Source of the DNA: Octopus vulgaris
Taxonomy: Eukaryota
DNA: 64,000 nucleotides
Assembly: GCA_951406725.2 (NCBI GenBank)
Contig: OX597824.1
Span: 10,850,001-10,914,000, forward strand
Direction: 5' to 3'
The translations under genes were made by a program, and so were the position numbers. This document shows positions 52,096 to 64,000 of this stretch, piece after piece. Under the pieces are notes generated by a model, which saw nothing but the letters and a program-made list of their open reading frames with translations, made no database searches and was not told the origin of the DNA. How positions within the stretch are numbered: the first letter of the stretch is position 1; every line of letters begins with the position of its first letter.

Positions 52096-52674
52096 TTGCA
52101 CTCTAACATTTTATTCAGATTTAATAAGTTGGTAGCTTTTGATTAAAAGAAGGCACACCATTTTATTATGACATCAAAGCTTCATTGTTAAATCTGCAAG
52201 ATTATCATTCAATATTTCAAGCTTTCAACTAAATACCATTCCTTCATAAACAAAACAATATTTATGCATGTGTGCATGGGTATACATACACCTGTTCTGT
52301 TCTATACTTTCAGCCACAATATTCCTTTGTAAACACACACATGTAAAAATACACAACATGCTTCTTTCAGTTTCTGTCTACCAAATCCACTCACAAGTCT
52401 TTGGTTAGCTCATGGCTACAGTAGAAGACACTTGCCTAAGATGTTGCATAGTGGGACAGAACTAGAGACCTAGGGGTTGGAAAGTGAGCTTCTTAACCAC
52501 ACGACCATGCCTGCACCTATTGTCGTCGTCATAATAATCATCATCATTATTTAACATCCATTTTCCATTCGGGCATGGATGGAATGCTTTGACAGAATCT
52601 GGTGAGCTGCAAAGGTGTTGGCTTTGGTATGTTTTCTATAGCTGGATGCTCTTCCTAATGTCAAGCAAAAATAC

Positions 52675-52906
52675 TATTTCTTTATTACCCACAAGGGGCT
52701 AAACACAGAGAGGACAAACAAGGACAGACATAGGTATTTAGTCGATTACATCGACCCCAGTGCATAACTGGTACTTAATTTATCGACCCCGAAAGGATGA
52801 AAGGCAAAGTCGACCTCGGCGGAATTTGAACTCACAACGTAACGGCAGACGAAATACCGCTAAGCATTTCGCCCAGCGTGCTAACGTTTCTGCCAGCTCA
52901 CCGCCT
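52675..52906 (-). mobile_element. SINE family A inserted in an RTE 3'UTR remnant
   Basis: Full-length; TSD caagcaaaaatact. Confidence 0.88.
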
Positions 52907-53136
52907 TGCCAAGCAAAAATACTGAGTGCTTTTTACTCATGCTGCTAGCATTAGTGAGGTTGCCAAGTAAGTTACAAGACATTAAGACCCTATGACTAGG
53001 TTGTGGGGGAATATTAGGAAAAAGGAGGTAGCTTTATGCCAGATGCTGAGAAGCCGAAGTATGATAGAAAGAAAAGCACAGGTGTCTTAATATAGAGGAG
53101 ACGCATTGAGTTTATAGTAAATAGAAATGTCCTTAC

Positions 53137-53250
53137 CTCTAGATCCCAAATACACCCTGAGTGGTATAATGTAGACCATATTTTACCAACTTTGTATATG
53201 TCATGAACATCCCAGATATACAGACTGTGGTCACTATAGACACAGGTTAT
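53137..53250 (-). CDS. MAPKBP1: WDR62/MAPKBP1-like exon ([38 protein letters not shown])
   Basis: tttcag/gtaagg, 114 nt, phase 0 to 0; inside ORF 53014..53337. Confidence 0.95.
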
Positions 53251-53829
53251 CTGAAATAGAAAATAATTATATGAGAAATATTTAATAGACAACATTATAA
53301 GGCACAGGGTATCTATAATGAAAATATAACCATCCACAGTTTCAGTAAAATAGATCGATTATCAATCAGCTATGTTGCACTGTGAGAAGGATCATGAAGG
53401 AGCTTTTTATATTCTCGTATTGGATATATAATTTAACGAAGCAGGGAGAAAAGAAACTATATACATGATGCACTACTATTGCTATTACACGAGGCTCATC
53501 ATCAATAGCTCCCAGTGAACTGCTTACCATCCCAAACCACCACAGTTCTTTGATTTATAACAATGAGTCAATCTACCTTTAGCCACATGGTGGGTGGTCG
53601 GAATCATTCCACAACAGAGCCATTCACAGTATCCCTTTCTTTAGAAAGAGAGAAAGCTTGAGCAAGGAGCTTCTCATAGAAACAGTAAAATGCTACTGGA
53701 ACCATTCAAAGACAATTCAATGTAAGAACAGCATTAAACAGTAGTAAAGAAAATAACAATAATCTACAAATAACCATGAAACAATTTACACTTCATGTGT
53801 ATGTACGGTCGCAATGCACTTCCAATCCT

Positions 53830-54400
53830 GTCTAGATTAAATCATTCTTTTCCATCTTGGTCCAAAGTATTTAACTAACTAGCCTCCCCATTGTTATCGA
53901 GGCCTTCCAAATGGCCTTTTCTGATCTTTGGATAACACTCAGCAACTGCAAAGATCTGTTGTCTGCAAACCTTGCAACATATCTGGCCTAGTGGAACTTG
54001 TGCTTTTGATATTCCGCAACAACATTGTTCACTCAACTCCATTCTCAAATTATCTCATTTCAGAAATGCTCTCACAATGATATTCCTGACATGGATCTTT
54101 TCCAGGGCCCTTTGTATCATAGCCAGTCAATGTTTTTCCCTCATCATAGTAGCTCACATCTCACTTGTGTATAAGAGCAAAGATAGGACAGTGTTACTGA
54201 AGAGTCTGGCATGTATGGCTTTGTCCAGTTTTGCTTTGAGTACATCATTTATTAAGATAACCACCACCCCATCCTGTCCTTATTCCCTTTTAGATTTCAA
54301 AATCTATGTCACAGCACATACTCAGTGTGTCCTGTAAGGAGACATATTGTTCTACCTTCTTAATTTCATCCCTTCCAATCTTTATTTGGCCTTATGCTAT
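53830..54400 (-). mobile_element. Decayed RTE-type LINE fragment
   Basis: LFSNTVLSLLLYTSEM resembles the RTE LFN.TVLP.MLY..ETW motif; many stops. Confidence 0.55.
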
Positions 54401-55109
54401 GTTTTCAAGCTACATGTATTTCTGCTTTCAGTTTAAAGCCTACTGACGACCAACAAACGTCCATTTCTGTCTGTTTTACATATGGTTTTCTATGTTAGCA
54501 TAGGTTAGACAAATACATAATACTGAGGTGTTGTTTTACAGTGGAGCAACAAGACAATTTATTGACAGGGAATTGCCAAACTGCACTATTTGTAACTCAG
54601 CATTTCTGAATGTTTACATTCTGGGAAGTGCAAATTGTCAATACTCACACCCGTGTGTATGTGCATGTGTACATACAAGCTATAGATTTTGTACAGTTTC
54701 CATCTACCAAATTCATTCATAGGGCATTAGCCAGTTCATGGCTACAGTAATAGCTACTTGCCAAAGGTGCAGCTCAGTGGGAAGAACCTGAAATCACATG
54801 GCTGACGAACGAACTTCTTAACCATGTAGCCATACTTATACCTATATATATTACTTAACTTAATCATTTCCTCCTGTTACAATATTAACAATTAGGTGAC
54901 AAAAAATACAACATGAAGCATAGAAGGTTCACGATTATAGATGCTAACCTACTGCAAGTTTTCAAAAACATTGTCATTCACCATGATATTTAGCAAAAAA
55001 CAATGACAGGAGGGGCATTTAAGAATTATTTGATCTAGCCATTTAATTCATTTAAAACTTCTAAAATTATCTAATTATTAAAAGTGGTAACACAGAATAT
55101 AATATTTAA

Positions 55110-55323
55110 CCCTTTCGTTACCGTATTTATTTTGAGATGCTCTCTGTTTCTTTCAATTACTTTAGATATAACAAAGCATTTAGTAAAATAACTTAGTTAT
55201 TATTAAGCTAATGTTAGGAACATAAATTGTGACTAAGGTTTGGTGGAAGATTTTAATTCAAAACTTTTGAAAACAAGACATTTGTACTCAGAGCCGGTTT
55301 CAGTCAGATTGGTAACGAAAGGG
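55110..55323. mobile_element. piggyBac-like MITE
   Basis: TTAA-CCCTTTCGTTACC ... GGTAACGAAAGGG-TTAA: perfect TIR with TTAA TSD. Confidence 0.85.
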
Positions 55324-56264
55324 TTAAGTTTCCATGCAGAGACGAGCATATAATTTTGATGCCCTAGCTCAAGTTAAACTATGTTTGATCGGTTGGACTA
55401 GTAAAAAATAAAATGTAGAGAGGAATCGATGACATAGGGTAATGAGATACCAATGCTGGAACAATAAATACACAGCAGCAAACGTAATGAGATATTGGAA
55501 GATCGAAAGTAATTTTCATAGAATCATTAAGTTACAGAAATATGAAGTGGTAAATACACACTGTGAAACTGGGTCACATCTTCTTCAAATTTTGTTTACA
55601 AGTAAGAATCAATATAATACAAGGTAGCTATCACAGCATGTGCTCTTAGCTAATCCAGTCTTTATCTCAACAATCAATGAACTGAGTGAGGAAAGCAAGT
55701 AGATTTACTACCTATGGCTGATATTAGAAGAGGTGTACAGAGGAAACAAATGGATTCCAAGGTTAGTTCAAGAAATATTTTTAGGTAAAAAAGAGGAAAT
55801 ACAAACTAATGATTTCTTTTGAGAGACTTTTAAGAAGGAGAAATATATTTCTAGATGGATTATCTTCTATCTTTTACTTGTTTCAGTCATTGAAATGTGA
55901 CCATGCTGGGACACAATCTTGAAGGATTTAGTCAAACAAATCACCCCTAGTGTGTATTTTTTAAGTTAGGTACTTATTTTGTCAGCCTCTTTTCCAAAAC
56001 CGCTAAGTCACAAAGACATAAACAAATGAAATGCTGGTTGTCAAGGGGTGGTGGGCGAGGATAAAGCAACTGTGCTGGTGCCATGTAAAAAGCACCCTGT
56101 ACACTCTGTAAAGTGGTTGGTGTTAGGAAGGGCATCCAGCCAGAAAAACCATGCCAAAACAAACAAGTGAAGCCTGGTGCAGCTCTCCACCTTGCCAACT
56201 CCTGTCAAACCGTCTGACTCATGCCAGCATGGAAAACAAATGTTAAATGGTGATGATGATGATC

Positions 56265-56492
56265 CCCTGTGCAGGTGGCACATAAAAAGCACCAGTTGCC
56301 AGTACTGCCTGACTGGCCCTCGTGCCGGTGGCACGTAAAAGCACCCACTACACTCTCGGAGTTAGGAAGGGCATCCAGCTGTAGAAACTCTGCCAGATCA
56401 GATTGGAGTCTGGTGCAGCCTTCTGGCTTGCCAGTCCTCAGTCAAATCATCCAACCCATGTTAGCATGGAAAGCAGACGTTAAACGATGATG
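56265..56492 (+). mobile_element. Retroposon family C, directly behind an older related tail (56068-56263)
   Basis: Homologous modules and tail. Confidence 0.8.
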
Positions 56493-56899
56493 TTATATCA
56501 GATTTTGACAGTTTCCATCTACCAAATTCCCTCATAAGGCATTGGCTGCCCCAAGTATACAGTGGAAGTCACCTGCCCAAGGTGCCATGCTGTGGGACTG
56601 AACTCAAAACTATGTGGTTGCGAAATGAACTTTGTAACCACACTGCTATGCTGTTATGTCTGAATGAAAAAATGAGATGGTTAAAACTGTGTTTGAGCTA
56701 AGCTAGGGTTCAACAACAATAAACCTGAATGGTTTGAACTTCAAATGTAGAAGAGACCTAACAAAATACTATTTGGTATTTAGTTTCAACTGCACCTCCG
56801 CTGAAGTACAAATTCATATCAACAGTCACATCAATAGTCTATATATTAAATATGTTAACACCTACTTAACCTACTTATAGTTTGTTATGCAGACAGCAT

Positions 56900-57330
56900 C
56901 TATTTTACTACACCAACAACAAAAAATGTACAATCTTGTATATTTACTTACTGATTTTTTTAATAAGTAATGAACACTGGCGAAAATTATCTGACAAACT
57001 AGAAGCTTTTGAAATGTTGACATATAGAAGAACGTTAAGAATATCTTGGACAAAACAAAACTTATGAAGAAGTGTGACAACCAGCAAATGTAAAAAGAGT
57101 TTTACTTTCAGCTACAAAAAGAAAGGCAGTTAAAATACTTTGGTCGCATAGTAAGAGCTCAGAGAATACAAAGACTTACTAGAGGGAGAAAATAAATGGC
57201 AAATACTCAAGAGGATGACCCAGAACAAACTAGTTTCATAACATAAGGACTGAATTAAACTATTATATATATATATGATAAATGAGTAAGAATGGCAAAG
57301 AAAAGACCTGAATAGATATATATTTAACCT
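56900..57330 (+). mobile_element. Decayed RTE/BovB-type LINE fragment
   Basis: KLEAFEMLTYRRTLRISWT and QLKYFGRIVR motifs. Confidence 0.75.
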
Positions 57331-57674
57331 GCTGAGATGAGATGACATCTAATGGTGATGAATGGTAAAATCCATGTTTTACTGATAAGGTCAGAATAAA
57401 ACTGAAACATGTCTAAAGTTGTTTCCTGTGCTTAATGCAAGGATGAAAATATTAGCCATTCACTAATATTGTTTGTATTTTTAGGAGGTTTTTTGGCTGC
57501 ATTTATTTTTCCAATTTTTATTAGTTTAGTCTGGAGGAAGGGGCTGAGCCCATCAACTTCGCAAAACCGCCAAAACCAAGGAGAATGATATGGTTAACAT
57601 TTCTTTTTAACATTTACAAGTCAATGGTTGCAAGAAAGAGAAGTACAGGGAAGGAATTCCAGAAGGCTGATGCT

Positions 57675-57932
57675 ATAATAATAATAATAATGGAATTATT
57701 GTATACAGTGCTCAGGTGCACCACAACTTGTCAAAAGTGCGTATAAAGCATATGCAGTAATGTACAAATGTCTGGAAAGTGAACAGTGTATGAGTCAGAT
57801 ACATGCTTGTGTGTGTATGGAGGGGAGAAAATCAGGTGTAGTGTTGGCGAATCTCAGGAAGCATGGAAGTTTTGAAGGATGCAGTGCTCCGACAACTAAC
57901 AACTGATGCCGGCAGTTTGTTCCATGCTTCAG
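57675..57932 (-). mobile_element. CR1-clade LINE 3' end, second copy
   Basis: Reverse-complement homolog of about 49790-50050; shorter tail pieces at about 20380 and 26120. Confidence 0.85.
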
Positions 57933-58459
57933 GAGGAAGGACACAGCATAGTAGTTAGTGCATTGCCTGAAAAGTGGGTACGATGAGTATAGGAAAGTCA
58001 TGGTTTCTTGAATAGAGGTGGACAAAACTAGCCAACTCTGAAAAGTAAGCATCACTGTAGCAGTGAAAAAAAAGGTAGAGAGAGGAGATATTATGTCTGT
58101 AGCTAAGTCGTTTGAACGTGTTGGTGAAACAGGTCTTTTTTCTGGATTTTAATTCCAAACCCCCTAAAATAACATTCAAATTTCTTTGCCAACTTGTATT
58201 TTAACGTTTTCCTGAAAACCAGTTGAAATATAAGTAGCTTCTTCAACACACCTGGTCCTTCAGTGGAAATGGAAAATAAAAACTATCTTTTCACTTCTCT
58301 GACAAATTTTCTTTAACTGAGATCATATTCTGGGATAATTATTAATATTTATATTTAAACTTGGTGACATACAACAAAGAAATTTATCAGTGCGCAGGGT
58401 ATGCATCACGCCTCCAATGCCTACCCATTTATTATGAAGTTTTAAAATTTAATTCTTAC

Positions 58460-58532
58460 CTTTTTATTAATATCATCATAAGTTAAAGCCATAGAATCAG
58501 GATAAAGGGCATCTGTTTTCGGACACACTTGG
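58460..58532 (-). CDS. MAPKBP1: WDR62/MAPKBP1-like exon (SQVCPKTDALYPDSMALTYDDINKK)
   Basis: tttcag/gtaaga, 73 nt, phase 2 to 0; YPD..ALT motif. Confidence 0.92.
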
Positions 58533-58595
58533 CTGAAATTTAGAATGAGAAATGACACATTAAGACAACATTGTTTTCTTATTAACATTTCACTT

Positions 58596-58810
58596 GTGGC
58601 GAGCTGGCAGAAACGTTAGCACACCGGGCAAGATGCTTAGCAATATTTCGTCTGTCGCTACATTCTGAGTTCAAATTCCGTTGAGGTCGACTTTGCCTTT
58701 CATCCTTTCAGGGTCGATAAATTAAGTACTAGTTGCATACTGGGGTCATCTAATTGACTGGCCCCCTCCCCAAAAATTTTGACACTCTTGTGCCTAGAGT
58801 AGAAAGGAAT
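58596..58810 (+). mobile_element. SINE family A variant with a different 3' tail
   Basis: Same head and core, tail cttgtgcctagagtagaaagga; similar older copies at about 3900-4500, 50072-50285 and 61700-61918. Confidence 0.8.
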
Positions 58811-59907
58811 ATTTCACTTGCCATTTCTCATTCTTGCAAAGTCTGTATGTTTTGGTGTATCTACATAAACTGCTAACACTTTCAAACATGAAAAGGCTAC
58901 AGCAGTGATTGCTTTACCTGACTTAACCAGAAGAGAAGCATTACAAAGACATGTTAGTGTTTGGACAAACTAAAGACTGTATTGAACACAGAGACAGTTT
59001 GCAAAGTGAGGTTTGCCAATAATTTATTCTAATCTCCTAAATAACAAATTATCACAATAAACTGTCATAGTATAACTATTTAAAAGACCTATATTTTCAT
59101 TTAATTTGCTAGAAATACCAGCCAAATCTCCCTCAGATCATAACTTCAAAAGATGAAGGACATTTCGATAACAGATGCCTAGATACACTGTATGAAATAA
59201 AAGATGGAATAGTCACAGCTGCAACACCTTTGGTTATTATAAAGTCTACAGATTTTATAATCTGGGCTGATTTGTGGTGAAAACAACAGTAACACTATCA
59301 GAATCAAATCTTATCATTTATCATTTTAACATACATTTCTTCGTATCAGAAAAGGTTTGACAGGTCTGTCATGTCAGAATGAGTCAACTGGGTATGACAA
59401 TTTGAATGCTGATGATTTGGCATGACTGAATGGACATTCAACTCATTTTGACGACAGTATGTTTTGACACTGGATGCAAGCATACATTCACACACGCTTG
59501 CACGCACAGAAATATACGTATATGGATAGAGTGGGGGAGGAGAGAGGGAGAAAGACATTACACATACATACATATCTAGATATTCAAATGCACAATCAGA
59601 GAGAGTGGGAGATGGAGAAAAACATTACATCTAATGTCCAATAAGACAGCATCAAATCAGTGACACCAAAACATCTCATACCCCAATCACACTAAACGCC
59701 ACTATTTGCTATGCTGTTACAACATCCTCATATTATTCTTTTTGCTCTTCCATCAAGCACCTTCTACCGTTAGCATACAGAGGTTTACCATCACCTACAG
59801 GTTTCAATGTGGGACTAAAGATAGCAACCTATCGAAACCTCAATTAGCAAACTGTTTTTATATTTAATACAGTCATCAATATATTCAGATACCATTAGAC
59901 CAATTCT

Positions 59908-60135
59908 TATTTCTTTACTGCCCACAAGGGGCTACACACAGAGGGGACAAACAAGGACAGACACGGATTAAGTCGATTATATCGACCCTAGTGCATAACT
60001 GGTACTTATTTAATCGACCCCAAAAGGATGAAAGGCAAAGTCGACCTCGGCGGAATTTGAACTCAGAACGTAACGGCAGGCGAAATACTGCTAAGCATTT
60101 CGTCCGGCGTGCTAACGTTTCTGCCAGCTCGCCGT
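59908..60135 (-). mobile_element. SINE family A
   Basis: Full-length; TSD ccattagaccaattct. Confidence 0.88.
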
Positions 60136-60418
60136 CTTCCATTAGACCAATTCTATTTTCTTATTCCTACATAATAAAGTTATACAAAGTATCTGTGATT
60201 TACCAGAAGTCTATTAGATGAATTATGGCAATCTGTATAAAATCTGAGTAAGATTTTATACAGATTGTCTGAGCCTTTAAATGTTCCTTTATTCTAATTT
60301 TGAAATACAACAACACATTTTTCTCATTCCTCCCATCTATTTTGCAGTTACAATTTCAAGATTATTATAATGTGGCATAAAAAAGCACATAAAAATATTT
60401 AAGAGATTACTAAAGAAA

Positions 60419-60887
60419 AGTGAAATCAAATTCGATGACTGGCATCCGTGCTAGTGGAGCGCTAAGAGTACTATACGAGCGAGATCGTTGCCAGAGCAAC
60501 AAGCTAGCCTCCGTGCCAATGGCACATGGAAAAAACACCATTCGAGCGTGATTGTTACCAGCGTTGCCTTACTGGCACTTGTGTTGGTGGCACATGAAAA
60601 AACATTCGAGCGAGGTCATTGCCAGTGCCACTGGACTGGCTCCTGTGCAGGTGGCACATAAAAAACACCATTTGAGCGTGGCCATTGCCAGTACCACCTG
60701 ACTGGCACGTAAAAGCACCCACTACACTCTCAGAGTGGTTGGCATTAGGAAGGGCATCCAACTGTAGAAACTCTGCCAGATCAGATTGGAGTCTGGTGCA
60801 GCCATCTGGTTCGCCAGACCTCAGTCAATCGTCCAACCCATGCTAGCATGGAAAGCGGACGTTAAATGATGATGATGATGATGATGA
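60419..60887 (+). mobile_element. Retroposon family C, long copy
   Basis: Leader, 5 modules and (TGA)n tail. Confidence 0.87.
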
Positions 60888-61069
60888 GCGATAACAAAAA
60901 CAACCATTTTTATTATTATCCTTATTAGAGACAAAAAGAAAGGGAAGAGGGAGAAAGGGGGGAGGAAAGAGGAAGAAGGGAAGATAAAGTTTACAACACA
61001 GACATTCTACAAATTGTGATGACTTGAAGGTACAAAACTGAAATACTAAAGAAGTTCAAACATAGGCTT

Positions 61070-61460
61070 AGGAGTGGCTGTGTGGTAAGTAGCTTGCTAA
61101 CCAACCACATGGTTCCGAGTTCAGTCCCACTGTGTGGCATCTTGGGCAAGTGTCTTCTGCTATAGCCTCGGGCCGACCAAAGCCTTGTGAGTGGATTTGG
61201 TAGACGGAAACTGAAAGAAGCCTGTCGTATATATGTATATATATGTATATGTATGTGTGTTTGTGTGTCTGTGTTTGTCCCCCTAGCATTGCTTGACAAC
61301 CGATACTGGTGTGTTTACGTCCCCGTCACTTAGCGGTTCGGCAAAAGAGGCCGATAGTATAAGTACTGGGCTTACAAAGAATAAGACCCGGGGTCGATTT
61401 GCTTGACTAAAGGCAGTGCTCCAGCATGGCCGCAGTCAAATGACTGAAACAAGTAAAAAA
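61070..61460 (+). mobile_element. SINE family B
   Basis: Full-length homolog, ending about 30 bp from an exon donor. Confidence 0.88.
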
Positions 61461-61489
61461 AAAAATTTTTAAATAAATAAAAAAATTAC

Positions 61490-61650
61490 CTGATATTGAC
61501 AGCTGCTGAAACATCAACCCCAAGAGGGTGAGGCTTGGGAAGGGAAGCCACAAAATGAAGATTCTGAGCATCAAACACTCGGATCACACCATTGGCACAA
61601 CCAATAAATACGTTCTTTTCTCCAACAGCCATACCAGTTGCATTCTTCGC
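61490..61650 (-). CDS. MAPKBP1: WDR62/MAPKBP1-like exon (AKNATGMAVGEKNVFIGCANGVIRVFDAQNLHFVASLPKPHPLGVDVSAAVNI)
   Basis: tttcag acceptor, gtaatt donor, 161 nt, phase 0 to 2; WD40 repeat sequence. Confidence 0.93.
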
Positions 61651-62117
61651 CTGAAAGAAATAAAAAAAAAAAAAGTAAAAAATAATTATTATAAATAAAT
61701 AATGGCTTCAAATTTTAGCACAGGGCCAGCAATTTAAGGGAAGAGAGACAGTCAATTACATCACCCCCCAGTATTCAACAGGTACTTATTTTATTAATCC
61801 TTAAAGGAGGAAAGGCAATATTGACCATGAGGGGATTTGAACTCAGATCATAAAGAGCCAGAAGGAATTCTGCTAAGCATTTTGTCCAACATGCTAATGA
61901 TTCTGCCGACTCGCCACCTCTTTATGAATAAATAATAGGCACAGGCGTGGCTGTGTGGTAAGAAGCTTTCTTCCTAACCACATGGTTCCAGGTTCAGTCC
62001 CACTGCGTGGCACCTTGGGCAAGTGTCTTCTAATAATGTCTAGGGCTGACCAAAGCCTCATAAATGTACTTGGCAGACAAAAACTGAAAGAAGTCCAATG
62101 TATGTATGTATGTATGT

Positions 62118-62395
62118 ATCATCATCATCATTTAGTGTTCGTTTTCCATGTTAGCATGGGTCGGACGGTTCAACTGGGGTCTGGGAAGCCAGAAGGCTGC
62201 ACCAGGCTCCAGTCTGATCTGGCAATGTTTCTACAGCTGGATGCCCTACCTAACGCCAACCACTCCGTGAGTGTAGTGGGTGGTTTTTACATGCCAGACG
62301 AGGCTGGCAACGGCCACGTTCGGATGGTTCTCTTACGTACCACCAGCACTGGTATCACAGCTGCAATTTCCATTTGTTGATCAATTTCGATTTTC
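62118..62395 (-). mobile_element. Retroposon family C, second subfamily
   Basis: Homolog of the 42817 copy; abuts a SINE B head at its microsatellite. Confidence 0.8.
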
Positions 62396-62411
62396 ATGTA
62401 CGTATGTATAT

Positions 62412-62593
62412 AGGTACAGGTGTGGTTGTGTGGTAAGAAGCTTACTTTCCAACCACACAGTTCCAGGTTCAGTCCCACTGTGTGACACCTTGGGCAAGTG
62501 TTTCTTACAATAGCCTTAGGCCAACAAAAGCCTTGTGAGTAGATTTGGTAGACAGAAACAGAAAGAAGTCATTTGTGTGTGTGTGTATATATA

Positions 62594-62631
<38 letters not shown>

Positions 62632-62855
62632 ATGTATGTATGTATTTGTGTCTATTTGTCGACGTCCCGTCACCACTTGACAACCGATGTTGGTGTATTT
62701 ACATCCCTGTAACTTAGCGGTTCAGCAAAAGAAACTAATAGAATAAGTACTAGGCTTAAAAAATAAGTCCTGGGGTCAATTTGTTCAACTAAAACCCCCA
62801 CAAGGCAGTGCTCCAGAATGGCTCCAGTCAAATGACTGAAACAAGTAAAAGAATA
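62412..62855 (+). mobile_element. SINE family B
   Basis: Full-length, more diverged; head-only copy at 61938-62100. Confidence 0.82.
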
Positions 62856-63279
62856 AAAAAAATATTTAAAAATTTCTTGTATAGACATTAACACAAATAG
62901 TATAATGTGCAGAATTGTTAATACTAGATAAAATCAAACGGAATCTTGACAGCTTTTTCAAGACATAATAAGCCTTAAAAATTACTTTATAAATTACATC
63001 ATTATGATATGTAAAAAGACCAAATGTTATGTTAGCAATTTAACTTAGCAGTTTAACAAGTTGATAAGTTAATTTGCTAAACTGACATATCATGGATAAC
63101 GGGCTGACATGCTCACAATAGTGTGAGCAGAGGAGAATTGTGTCTGACATCAATTAAAGAGCCTTGCTTGTATTTTTCTCTCTTTCTATCTCTCTCTCTG
63201 CCAAAGAAAAAGGGGAAAAACAGAAAAAAAAAGGAGCGAGAAAAAAGGAGAAAAATGGAGGGATAGAGGGGTGGGCAGC

Positions 63280-63448
63280 CAGGCAGACATACAGACAGAC
63301 TGGTGGGCAGAAAGGCAGACAGACTGGCGGGCAGACGGACTGGCGGACTGGCCTGCAGACGGACTGGCCGGCAGACGGACTGGCCGGCAGACGGACTGGC
63401 GGGCAGACGGACCGGCGGGCAGATGGACTGACAGGCAGACAGATAGAT
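63280..63448. repeat. GC-rich 16-bp minisatellite (gcagacggactggc(c/g)g) derived from (CAGA)n
   Basis: Directly visible. Confidence 0.85.
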
Positions 63449-64000
63449 GGAATCTATTTCCCAACTTGCTTACATCAAACAAATAACAAAGCTTCTCATT
63501 ATATCAATATATGACATTAGAAGCTACCTGATCAGAAGCTTTCATGACTGATCCCATGAAAAGCAAAATCAAAGATAATTATTTACCACAAGTAAATTTA
63601 TAAGGATCTTAGGTAAATTATATTAAAACAGCCATAAAGAAGACATCCTGAGAAAAAAACTAAGAGGAATTTGAACCTAAAACTTTCAGAGTGCCACAAG
63701 GTTGCTGTGTACAGTGAAATTGATTTAATTTACTAGAATAGTCAATTAAAGTATGAATAACGAATTTACTGTTTGCATTTAATTTTCTGTGTCCACAGGT
63801 TGAATATTAGACGAGTTGTATAAATATGCAGAGAAGCATTGACAGCTTTATTGAACTCAAATGTCCAGTGAAGTTATTGCTTACAAATACATGTAACCCC
63901 CTCCACAATCACCCCACCATTAAAAGAAAAAAAAAAAAGCTGTTAATGTTAGGAAATGGTCAACCAGAAATCAAATGATCAATCCACTACACATGATACT

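Larger units (their letters stand above)
12..61650 (-). other. MAPKBP1: WDR62/MAPKBP1-like gene span (partial, 22 exons in window; 5' and 3' ends outside window)
   Basis: Manually spliced GT-AG exons with consistent phases give WD40 repeats and family motifs I recall from MAPKBP1/WDR62: [82 protein letters not shown]. Symbol could equally be WDR62. Confidence 0.93.

Noticed and set aside
60430-60720. Family C module array as a CRISPR array or pistol ribozyme array
   Set aside because: Eukaryotic intron, no unique spacers and no cas genes. It resembles pistol superficially (CGTG hairpin, TAAA, AGCG-stem-GT) but lacks the P2 helix and the 6-bp pseudoknot geometry.
63164-63514. ORFs on both strands over the GC-rich repeat
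   Set aside because: Products of a 16-bp minisatellite lacking stops

Overview
AT-rich eukaryotic (animal) genomic DNA, dense in microsatellites and SINEs. The repeat landscape suggests an octopus/coleoid cephalopod, but this is inference. The whole window lies inside one minus-strand gene, a WDR62/MAPKBP1-family WD40-repeat protein. I read 22 GT-AG exons from 61650 down to 12 (one is a tentative cassette); their phases chain into an open frame of about 925 codons, truncated at both window edges. The introns hold tRNA-headed SINEs (many with clear TSDs), a (TGA)n-tailed RTE-related retroposon carrying tandem ~65-nt structured modules, RTE, CR1 and HERO/R2-type LINE remnants, mariner remnants and MITEs, piggyBac-like MITEs, a Penelope-like fragment with a minimal hammerhead motif, palindromes and local duplications. 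Almost all ORFs in the supplied track are microsatellite or repeat artefacts. I see no clear-cut new multi-gene system. The best leads are the module arrays, the variant hammerhead, a recursive-splice-like exon, SINE-associated capture of local sequence, and intronic hairpins.
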